Origin: Trichosphaerium sp. ATCC 40318
Taxonomy: Eukaryota; Protista; Tubulinea
NCBI GenBank assembly: GCA_038496445.1
Contig: JALMLS010000049.1
Location: 1 to 36,848, forward strand
DNA: 36,848 bases
Reading direction: 5' to 3'
Made by a program: the position numbers and the translations under genes. The notes beneath the pieces were generated by a model. It saw only the letters and a list, made by a program, of their open reading frames with translations, had not been told where the DNA came from and did no database searches. Positions 11,751 through 21,915 of the stretch are shown here, piece after piece (the stretch's first letter is position 1; each line of letters opens with the position of its first letter).

Positions 11751-12592
11751 TCTGTCTTTTGTCCTGGGCACATCAAGAGGTTCTACAGCCTCAACGGGTA
11801 CTGTATTAGGCGTGTATGGCATTTGTTGGGTGTAAACTGGTTGAGGCGTCGCTGGATAAGGATTCCCTTGTTGTTGAGGTTGCGGAGCGTACTGACGTGG
11901 TGGGATAACTGGTGGAGCATTGTTGTACTGTTGGTATTGGTTGTTTGTAGTTTGTTCGTTGTTTGAGAATAATGGTGAATTCGGGTGAAGTACTGGTTTG
12001 CTCATTGTTTGTGAGGTAGTTATTCTGATATTGCAGTGATGGTACGTTTTTATTGTTGAGTTATTTTATTCAATATTGACTTAACATGAAACAAAACTGT
12101 CTTAATCGTAAAAACTATGCTGTGTGCATTCTAGACCTTCCTACAGAGATTTTAAGCCATATTTTACAGTACACAACTAAAGCACGATTTGCAGCCTGTC
12201 AAACATGCCATAGCCTTGCTTCTGTCATTCACGATATTATTGGATACGGTACAGTTTGTATTTCAAACGCCTCACAAGCAAAAGCAGTGTTAAAACATTC
12301 AAGTACTCTCCGGCACACAAGCATTAAAACCGAAGATGCTCTTTGGAAGGATGATATTGTCAAGTTATTTGCAGGAGTTCATACTATTAACCTTGCACAT
12401 TGTTATGAGATTACAGATGAAGGGATCAAAGCTCTTTCTGGTGTTCATACCGTCAATCTTTCGTGTTGCATAAGGATTACAGATGAAGGGATAAAAGCTC
12501 TTTCTGGTGTTCATACAATTAATCTTAGGTTGTGTAAACAGATTACAAATGAAGGGATCAAAGCTCTTTCTGGCGTTCATACCATCAATCTT

Positions 12593-14569
12593 CAGGTCTG
12601 AAAATTATCATGGTATAATACCATATTTTATGGTATAATCACCTTTTATGGTACAAGCTCAGTATAATCCATAATTATACCATATAATTATACCATAAAA
12701 TATGGTATAATACCATGTTTTTTGGACAAATGGTATAACAGCCATTATACCATGTTTATACCATATCTCAATTTATAGAATATAATTATACCATAAAACA
12801 TGGTACTATACCATGGTATTATACTGCATTTTAAAGTATATTATACCACACATTATACCATATAATTATACCATAAAACACAGTATTATACCATGGTATT
12901 ATACCACATTTTACAGTATATTATACCATGCATTATACCATATAATTATACCATAAAACACAGTATTATACCATGGTATTATACTGTATTTTACAGTATT
13001 GTATACCATGCATTATACCATATAATTATACCATAAAATGTGGTATTATACCGTGGTATTATACTGTATAAGTATAAGTTAGTCAAAGCTCACTTGGTCT
13101 GCACTTGATTTAATAGCATATGGACCTACGCAAACGCCATACCACACAATGCTTTGACAGTAGCTGTTATTGAACATAATTGGCATATAAATGTGTGAAA
13201 AACAGTTTTAAGAGAGAAATCTGGTAACGCGCCCCAATTACGGGCGTTTTAGGGATAAATTGGCCAACTTTCTCCGATTAATGGTATTTGAGGAAGAAAC
13301 CACTCTGCGTACCCCATGTTAGAACGCTACAGTGGTAGACACACCAAAAACGCGTTTAGCGCTCGAAAAATGCCCATTCGCAAAAAACCTCCAATTGGAG
13401 GTTTTTTTCTCCGGCTCTCATTTTTTTCTCCCCTCCATAGGCATTTTTACACTCAATCAACGCCATACAGCCTCATTTACCAAATCAGGAGCAAAATTAT
13501 TTATTTTTTTTTGACATTCTTGATATATGCCCCAATGTGTGTTAAACTGCGCAATTAGTGTTATAAGGCAAAGTTGTTTCAGAGCCTACCCATTTTTCGA
13601 GTTTTTTGGTTTTTTTTGGATTTTTTTGGATTTTTTTGGTTTTTTTCCTACTAAACGCCCGCATTTGCCAGAACAGATAGCATTTAGGCTCTGCACCCAT
13701 GCGTTGACCTTACGAGTGATATTGTAAACTAATTGGCTAAGCCAGGGCATAAAACTAAGTCTTGACCAGTTTATCGCCCGCACAACACAAGGTACGCTAG
13801 AAAGTAGTTGTTTTAAAGCTGTTTGCCATAGGTTTTACAGGCTTAATAGGTGATATAAAAAAAACAAAACGTGTTAGCCGCCCAACCAGGTACTATTCCG
13901 CTAGAACTCGTTTCCGATGAAGTTGGTAGCTATTTTCATTTCTTTGTTTTAGTCTTGGTTTGGCTTCACTGTGCAGGTCATTTGTTACTCTCAGTGCTGC
14001 CATCACAACAAAACAACAATTTTTGTATGACTATTTATTTTGTGTACAAGAAACCAAGCCGGCGCTAACTCTTCTTTTAGGTTTCATGCTATATCCATTC
14101 AATGCACTTACAGCAAGTACGATCTGTTCTTTTAAGGTTATTTGATCACTGCAAAAAAGGACATGGGCAAAACTAAAGGTCACGGATGTAAACAAAAAAA
14201 AGATGTATTAATAAATGTGTTTTTATTTTTAGAACAGTTTTTACACGGTATAATACACCTGGTTTTGTGGTATAATCTACCAAGTTTTAAGGTATAATAT
14301 ACCAGGCTTTATGGTATTATACTGTGTTTTATACCATGTTTTATGGTAGAATTATACCATATAATGCATTTTTTCAGGTGAAAAAATATGGTATAAATTC
14401 GCACTTTCTACTGTATATTTATGGTATAATTTGGCTGTTTCATGGTATAAATCCTTTGATTTATGGTATATTATACTGGAATTTGTGGTATAAAATTGGA
14501 ATCAATGGTATAATTATACCACAAATTCATGGTATCTACCATAAAAACAGCTTGAGAATTTTAGACCTG
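12593..14569. mobile_element. Non-autonomous TIR DNA element (1977 bp) with dense subterminal repeats, CACTA/EnSpm-like architecture
   Basis: Left end caggtctgaaaattatca; reverse complement of the right end caggtctaaaattctca. TT flanks both sides. Many ATTATACCA/TGGTATAAT motifs lie at ~12608-13070 and ~14245-14545. No transposase was recognised. Confidence 0.85.
12781..13070 (+). repeat. 80-bp tandem repeat, about 3.6 copies, in the left subterminal region of the TIR element
   Basis: Units beginning tataattataccataaaa start at 12781, 12861, 12941 and 13021. Confidence 0.92.
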
Positions 14570-14831
14570 TTCATATTGCATAAAGATTACAGATGAAGGG
14601 ATCAAAGCTCTTTCTGGCATTCATACCATTCACACTAACATTCACAATAGTACTTCAGTGCTATTGTAGGACTTTTGGAGGTACGTTACCTCTGAAAATC
14701 TATGTGAAATAAAATACATACTATGACTACATTTCATCTGAAAGGTCACGTGATATGTTCTATGTAAGGTTGAAATCAATCATAACTATGTACACGGTCC
14801 TTAAGACCATAATAAATAGTATACAACACTA

Positions 14832-15239
14832 GAAAAACAAACCAAATACGCAAACAAACCGAAAAAACTCAAATTACTCAACAAAGAACTCAAAAACCTC
14901 GAAAAACAGTTTGGGAAAAACATAGAATGGATTCTGGATGATAACGAGGAGGCAGATACCTTGGCCAAAGAGGGAACGTTACTAAACAAACCAAACATGC
15001 CAAAAAGAAGAATAGCTTTTAAATACACTATACAACCACAAAAACAAAATCATCAAAAGCAATGTCAGGAAATACATCAAAGAAGCCACCAATCGTGAAC
15101 ACAAAAGAGACATGGAACGGAAATACCCCTACCTAAACCAAATTAGCCACAAGATATCCAACCAAATAGTATACGATAAAATTCCACTTATGGACACAAT
15201 CGCGTGCTTCCAATTCAAACTAAGAAATAATAACCTTAG
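14832..15239 (+). mobile_element. 5'-truncated, frameshifted non-LTR retrotransposon (LINE), left part with the RNase H C-terminus
   Basis: Translates to ..WILDDNEEADTLAKEG (RNase H GNExADxLAK motif), then after a frameshift ..NVRKYIK..FQFKLRNNNL. It has the same A/C-rich sense-strand bias as the right part, and the frame continues across the LTR insertion site (NNL|SGR). The left boundary is approximate. Confidence 0.75.
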
Positions 15240-15322
15240 TGTAATGGTCAATAAAAGTAGTTTACCTACGTTATCACCTAACTAACGTCTCGTTATCTTT
15301 ACCACTATACATACCCGTTACA
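15240..15322 (+). repeat. 5' LTR (83 bp)
   Basis: tgtaatggtcaataaaag...atacccgttaca; identical to 21153-21235 except at position 6 (T versus C). Confidence 0.96.
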
Positions 15323-15323
15323 G

Positions 15324-15341
15324 TGGCGACTACGAGCAGGA
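15324..15341 (+). promoter_or_regulatory. Primer-binding site complementary to a tRNA 3' end
   Basis: TGGCGACTACGAGCAGGA lies 1 nt after the 5' LTR. Its complement ends ..CGTAGTC-G-CCA (G73 discriminator). The tRNA species cannot be determined by eye. Confidence 0.85.
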
Positions 15342-15391
15342 TTTTCACTTGAAAAAAAAAAAAAGAGATAAAAAGAAAAGAACAAGCAACG

Positions 15392-18300
15392 ATGGAAAAA
15401 GCGCACGATCACCTTCAATACATGCCATACACCAAGAAAGACGACGATGGCGAGTGGAACACCGATTGGAAAGGAAAGAAAAGTATTTCCGAATCGAAGA
15501 TTGGATACAACCAACGCGGACTGGAGTTCACGGGCAAGTTAATGGACCTCCCCTACTTTTTGGAGAAAATGAAAAGAGTTGCACACGACACCAAGCTAAG
15601 CGAAACCGCATACACCATTATGCTACAAAACAGCGTCACCAACATTCTCGCTGATGGACTCAACTCAGTCGAGAATACACTAGAAGCTTTCTTGGAGCAC
15701 ATCTGCAAATGCGCCTTTAGACCAAGCAAAATGAAGTTCTACAGACAAAAGTTTGCGGCGGACAGAATGAGCGGCGACGATACCGTCAATAAGTGGGTAC
15801 GCCGAGTGCACGCTTATGGGAAGATTTTGGGGAAAACCAACCTCGAAATGGCTACAAGATTCAAGGACGGCCTACCACCCAACATAGAGAACGCCCTACG
15901 CATGGAGACAGTACACAAGACAGCAGAAGAGCTTTCTAAGTACACGGCGATGGACTGGGCTGATCTAGCCTCAGAGTACGAAGCGGTGTCCAACAACGGC
16001 GAAGAAGACACTATTAACACGCTACAACGCCCTCAACACGACAACGACCAACAACAAGGCGGTAACGAATGGAGACCTCCACCACCGCAAAGAAACGCCG
16101 TACAAGCCTCATACGACGCACAGGCCCCTTTCGTACGCAATTACGGAAGACATAATGCAAAATACTCTAAAAAGGGACATTTAATATGGTTCGAACAGGG
16201 TACAGACGTTAAATGCGTCTACGACGACCAATCTGGCTTCCTTCGCCGCTATGCTCCTGATGAACGCAGTATATGCAGTTTCTGCCATCGACCAGGCCAC
16301 ATAGCGTCCAAATGCGGTACCAGACAAAACCAACAAGGAGGATATAATCCGTACCGTGGAAGAGGAAAATACCGAGCAAGAGGAAGAGGTAGAGGCAGAG
16401 GCAGGTACGCACCGTACAGAACTAGAGGCAGTAGACCAAGAGGTAGAGGCAGAGGTTACTGTAGAGGATACCAGGGCCACCACCGCCAAAATGACCAAGA
16501 CCAATACGACGGATATCAACCGGCGTACCCTCCTCCGCGTAATTACCAAGCCGACCCACCTGCTGTGCAACCGCCTAACGCCTACCCTCCTCCTGCTGAA
16601 GACCATAGTAAAGGAGACACTGTTGCTGTATTGACCAATAATAAACCAGAATTTGTTTACCCGAAGCCTCGTTCTATGACCAATGACGAAACTCCTAAGT
16701 TAGAATGCATGGTGATTAACCAGATCAAGAAAGACCGCAACAATACCTTCTCTGTGACCTACTGCGCTGAAGAATTCAACCAAATAGGTGACAGCGACCA
16801 ACCCAATAACACAGAGATCAGGTACAGTATCCTAAAGGCATCCAGCGTCATTAGAAATTATAAGTTCGAAACTGTATTCGACACAGGTGCTTCCGTTTCC
16901 CTTATTGACCTCAAGGTCGTGCGTCAGCTAGGGCAAATGAGCGAAATTATACGAGAGTACACCCGACCTCTGTACACAGCAGACAACAAGACCATCAAAG
17001 TTTACGGCAGTATAAACCTACCCATCAAAGTAGGAGGAATCACGATCATACATAAAATGTTAGTGATAAAAGACTTTAAGTTCGACATACTCCTCGGAAT
17101 GGACTACATGCAAAAGACCCAATGCAACATCAATCTGGCAGCGCATCGCATCACACCTAAAGGTGGCTTCCCTATACCACTACACACCATCAAGAGGATA
17201 TACAAGAGCGACAACCTTCATGTCTTCACGCCCAACAGAATATCTCTGCCGCCCCACGCACAGACAGAGTTCGAAGCTATAGTACCATACGCACACAACA
17301 GCATCAAAGGATACATCGAGGGACACAAGGAACTGATTACAGAGGGCGTCTATGTCATACATTGCAAGAGCAGACCTACAAAGAAAAGGGTAAAGGTCAT
17401 GATCTTGAACATGACCAACAGAAGAGTATGCCTACCTCGATCTTACGATATTGGCACCTTCAAACGGCCTGACCCAGGAGATACAGTACATTCTTTAGAA
17501 GACAACCAAGCCAAGGCGCTGGAAGAAATAAATGAGATGTTCAAACGGAAACGTACCGATGAGGAGATCATGGAAATATACAGACTCTTCAAACTGGGCG
17601 ACAAGAAGCTTACAGAGAAACAGAAGATGATGGTCGCAGTCCTCCACCTCGAATATAAAGAACACTTCAGCGAGAAACTCGTGCCTGGACCTACATTGAC
17701 AGGCGTCAAACACGCTATTAATACAGACGACACCAAAGAGCCTGTGGCGCTACCGTACCGATACATGACCCCTCTCAAAGCCAAGATTATCCGCAAAGAA
17801 GTAGAAAAGCTATTAGAACAAGGAATAATCCGAGAATCCGACTCACCTTGGTCGTCACAAGTAGTCCTGGTACAGAAGAAAGACGGCAAATGAAGGTTCT
17901 GTTTAGACTTCAGGGAGCTGAACAAGATCACCAAGAAAGTAGTACACCCCATACCAAGGATAAACGAAATGTTAGATGCCACCGCTTACGCTAAATTCTT
18001 CTCCACTTACAACCTAACAAATGGTTACTTCCAAGTCGAAAACAAGGAAGGAGATATCGAGAAAACAGCCTTCTCTACAATAGACGGACACTTTGAATTC
18101 GTAAGGATGCCGATGGGTCTGAAGAACGCGATGTCCACCTTTCAGAAGCTGATGAACCTTACCATGAGCAGCCTACTATGGAAGCTGTGCATGTGCTATG
18201 TGGACGATGTGATTATCTTCTCCAAGACCTTCACAGAACACCTAGTCAACACGAAATTAGTTCTAGACCGCATCAAGCAAAGAGGACTCAAACTAAAGGC

Positions 18301-20923
18301 AAGCAAATCCCACATATTCAACACCAGCATACAGTTCTTGGGACATAGAGTATCAGAAGAAGGAGTGCTACCTAAAACCGACAGCATCGAGGAGATCCGC
18401 CAGATGAGAGAACCAAACGGCCTAGAAGAACTAGAAAGATTCCTTAACATGACCAACCATTACCAACGCTTTATAAAAGACTACACACATGTCACTGAAC
18501 CACTTCAAAAGCTGCAAAGACAAGACATCGAGTGGAGCTGGGAACAACCACAGATAGAAGCGTTCAAGTTGTTAAAAGCTGCGTTCACTACACCACCAGT
18601 ACTTAAACACCCAGACTTCAACAAGAGTTTCGAGCTCCATGTAGACACGTCCAACTATGCGTGTGGAGCAGTCCTCAGCCAAAGGGATGAAAAAGGTAGA
18701 GAAAGACCAATCGCATACTTCTCCAAGGGCTTCAGCGAATCACAGAGGAAATACTGCACCACAGAAAGGGAGCTGCTAGGAATCAAATTAGCGATGGAAC
18801 ACTTCAAAAACTACCTAGCGTTCTCCAAGTTCAAACTGACCGTGTATACAGACCACAAGCCACTGACCATGCTTACAAAACTGAACAACGTACGATCGGT
18901 CATTGCGAGGATTATCTTAACGATCCAACAATTCGATTTCGAACTCATATACAAACCCAGCCGACTACACGTTGTACCCGATGCACTGTCACAAACACCT
19001 TTCGCTGCTGACCAAATCAATGCCATCAAGACCGGCAAAAGTGGCAGTGTCATCAAAGGAACTAACAAGAGTCATGTAGACTGGCACCAAGCGCAAACAA
19101 AAGATGCCACAACCGCTGTGTACATTAAGTATCTGACCACAGGACAAATAAACAGAGCCATACGCGAGACCCCACAATTTAAGAAGTCCATGTTCTACAC
19201 TCGAGTTAGAGAGCTTTGAGTAGATGAAAATCAGGTGCTATACAGACGTACAGAAGAGATAGACGGCAACACGACCTACCAAGTATATGTGCCGAACAAC
19301 ATAAGCCTAAAAAGAGAAATCTTCAAGCTGGGCCATGACGCACCGTTTGCCGGCCACTCAGGTTTTGAGAAGACCTACAACAAACTCAAACAACGTTTCT
19401 ACTGGCCAGGCATGTTCACAGAGACCAAGGAATGGTGCAAAAGCTGCATATCGTGCCAAAAGACCAAAACACCAAGGTTACAGAAGGCAGGCAGAATGGG
19501 TGGCCAATTCCACATTGGAGTTCCTTTCGGGCTCGTAACGATGGACATTGTGGGACCACTAAATAGAACGCCTAGAGGAAACACATACCTACTCGTCATC
19601 AACGACAACTTTACAAAATGGGTAGAAGCCTTCCCAATGCGCGACCAAGAAGCAGTAACGGTGGCCAGGCTTTTCGTAGACGAGTGGTGCTTCAGATACG
19701 GAATACCTAAAAAAGTATTAACAGACCAAGGCACTAATTTCACAGGAGAGCTCATGACACAAGTGTATGACATGCTCCATATAAACAAGAAACAGACCTC
19801 AGCGTACCACACACAAACCGACGGACAGACCGAGAGATTTAACCACACCCTAATAGAAATGATAAGACATTTTGTGAACAAGGACCAAGAAAACTGGGAC
19901 ATATGGGTCACGCCGTCCCTATTTGCCTACCGTACCGCTGTCCATTCCACCACCAAATATACACCGTACAGAATGCTCTTCGGTACCAGACCCACATTAC
20001 CATTAGATGAACTAGCAAAAGGAAGAGGCCTACTAGAAAACAAGTACAACATGGCTGACTGGGCTGAGACCTTAGCACATAGAATGAGAGCAGTCCACGA
20101 ACTAGCGAAAAAGAACATATTAGCCGAGAAAAGAAGACAAGCCAAATATTACAACAACAATAGAAGAGATGTAGAATACGAGCTAGGACAAAAGGTTTGG
20201 TTATACATACCTCACGTAAAAACAGGCGAAAAGAAGAAACTCACACAAAAATGGTATGGGCCATACGCAGTTCTACAACGAATTGGATACGTAAACTACC
20301 GCCTGGAAATCCCAAAACACAGTACAATCAATCCTGTGGTACACATAGAAAGATTGAAGCCGTTCGTCGATTCGTACCTCCGACCAACACAGGACATACA
20401 TTTGGAACATACACGTAACATATACACCGAGACAGCTGAGAGAGGACATCACATCAGAGAAACCAGCGAAGACGATAGCAGCGTATACATACCGGATGAA
20501 TCATCACAAAAAGGCACCAAAACCATGAGAGATGCCAGAGAAATCGCAAACAAATTAAAAGAAAAAGTATCCACTCCACAACCTATGGAAATAGAAGCAA
20601 CATACACAGAAGACATACACGTACGAAGGAGCCGACGTGGAACAAAAACAACCAGAGTAGAACGGCTAAAAGAGTTGCTAGAAAACACATACAACGCTAT
20701 GAAATCCTTACGACCATCCGAAGCAAAGAAAAATTTAATTGAATTGATGGGAAAAGGATCTAGATTTATACGAGATAGCGGTAAATGTAACGACCTAGAG
20801 AGCGAGATAAAGTACCAAGCAGGATGTGGACCAGAACAGCTAAGAGAATGGGTCAGAAAGATGCTGGAGAACTTCGAACAAGTATTTAAAGAAGAACATC
20901 TATTAGCGATACAGGAATACTGA
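15392..20923 (+). pseudogene. Single-frame gag-pol polyprotein with two premature TGA stops (17891-17893 and 19217-19219)
   Basis: The ORFs at 15392, 17969 and 19235 share one frame. Zinc knuckle CSFCHRPGHIASKC; RG-rich tract; protease FDTGAS; RT SPWSS..KKDG, MPMGLKNA, YVDD; RNase H DTS..GAVLSQ, EREL, YTDHKPL; integrase H..H..C..C, DIVG, TDQG, QTER; WYGPY motif. Confidence 0.93.
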
Positions 20924-21135
20924 AAGGATCAAATGACGAACACGTGTTTTCCAGAACATCTGGTTTTTTCACGTGTTCAGAAGAAACGACCAAAAACGAT
21001 AACAGCGGACCACAGAAAGAAGAAGCGACCGAAATAAAAATTAACGAGCGACCACAATAACAGCGACCACAAATACCGAACCCACCTAGAAATAACGAAA
21101 AGGACCAAATTGATAAGACGAGGACGTCTTCATCT

Positions 21136-21152
21136 AGGGTTGATGGGAGATG
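21136..21152 (+). promoter_or_regulatory. Polypurine tract
   Basis: Purine-rich agggttgatgggagatg immediately before the 3' LTR. Confidence 0.7.
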
Positions 21153-21235
21153 TGTAACGGTCAATAAAAGTAGTTTACCTACGTTATCACCTAACTAACG
21201 TCTCGTTATCTTTACCACTATACATACCCGTTACA
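21153..21235 (+). repeat. 3' LTR (83 bp)
   Basis: tgtaacgg...ccgttaca, with a perfect 8-bp terminal inverted repeat. Confidence 0.96.
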
Positions 21236-21239
21236 TTAG

Positions 21240-21915
21240 TGGGAGATACGCACTAAACAAAGCCAGGCCCACACAACACGACAGAATTCAACGAAAAATA
21301 CAAAGAACCTAGCTGCATACTCTGCGGACACCCAAAAGAGGATACCAATCATATAATAAACCACTGCAAAGCCACCAGTGATATCAGAACAGAAAATGCA
21401 AAAGAAATCAGTAAATTCATCAAGAAGAACCTACGTAAAACCAAAGCAAGAAAAAACAAAAAAGCAAAGAAAACTAAATACCCCAAAGAAACATACACAG
21501 GAGCGTACATAGCAAACGTTACCATAAACGCGTGCACAAATGCAGGATACGACCAAAAATACACCAAAGACAAACTCAAACAACTCCAACTCCTTATAGT
21601 CAACGGACACAAGCGCATCTACGATAAAAGAAACAACCTCTTCCATGAAAAATATAAAACCCTTACTAACACTAACACAGACTAGCGACGCAACCATACG
21701 AAGCTAGTGCGCGGTCCGAGCTGGGCAGGTATTCTACACAGTCTGGTTTACCTTGGTCGATGATCTTTCATGGGCTAACTTTATGTGAGTCCCCGAATAG
21801 GGGCCCTGGCTACAAGGGGAAGATGATGGGAATACAAACACGTTGTAAAACATACTTGTAAAGAACCGTCAATAAGAAACTTGACCGGAATAAAAGTAAA
21901 GTAAAGTAAAGTAAA
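21240..21915 (+). mobile_element. LINE right part: C-terminal zinc finger, 3' UTR and (GTAAA)n tail
   Basis: PSCILCGHPKEDTNHIINHC (CCHC, zf-RVT-like) and IYDKRN, with stop TAG at 21683-21685. A ~200-nt UTR follows, then AATAAA and four GTAAA repeats. Candidate TSD AACACTA at 14825-14831 and 21914-21920. Confidence 0.8.

Larger units (their letters stand above)
9770..12005 (-). pseudogene. Gene for a Pro/Gln-rich N-terminus + two SAM domains + C-terminal transmembrane anchor, interrupted in exon 1 by a TIR element
   Basis: SAM1: WIQETLDAAGLEHIVDVFTTNGI..LTEGDLTYIGITQLGDRTRI. SAM2: SVDEWLAFVGLPEYKQHF..LLTDKDLLDIGVYKFGHHRKL. Tail: HYAIFAGILAAISVFVNILF*. Removing 10730-11750 plus one 2-bp TSD rejoins ..PRTKDR|GNHPEKLVERFF in frame with the downstream exons. 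Confidence 0.8.
12086..14669 (+). pseudogene. F-box-like + leucine-rich-repeat gene interrupted by a TIR element
   Basis: F-box-like ILDLPTEILSHILQY, then 22-aa repeats GVHTINL..C..ITDEGIKALS. The repeat resumes after the element as SYCIKITDEGIKALSGIHTI..* (14571-14669). It is a paralogue of the gene at 33053-34995. Confidence 0.8.
15240..21235 (+). mobile_element. Full-length Ty3/gypsy LTR retrotransposon (5996 bp) with a 4-bp TSD (TTAG), nested in a LINE
   Basis: 83-bp LTRs, TG..CA, with one mismatch. TTAG at 15236-15239 and 21236-21239. PBS and PPT are present. Domain order is gag-PR-RT-RH-IN. Confidence 0.97.

Noticed and set aside
12600-13070. Regularly spaced repeats as a CRISPR array
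   Set aside because: The whole 80-bp unit is repeated with no unique spacers. The context is eukaryotic, there are no cas genes, and the array is the subterminal region of a TIR element.
13316-14596. Short ORFs inside TIR element 2 as a transposase
   Set aside because: They are low-complexity translations of repeats with no DDE or other transposase motif.
17891-19219. In-frame TGA codons as UGA=Trp recoding, selenocysteine or programmed readthrough
   Set aside because: TGG is used normally, and TGA terminates other genes here. The stops fall inside RT and just before integrase, not at a gag/pol junction. The ATGA..GA stem at ~21760-21827 lacks the SECIS register and lies outside the element. 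Other disabling changes indicate decay.
15814-21697. Many minus-strand ORFs over the retroelements
   Set aside because: They are antisense shadows of A/C-rich coding sequence with no motifs.
21686-21755. Faint resemblance of the LINE 3' UTR to 5S rRNA (SINE3-like)
   Set aside because: The similarity is patchy, the box A region is missing and there is no terminal helix. It cannot be supported without an Infernal search.
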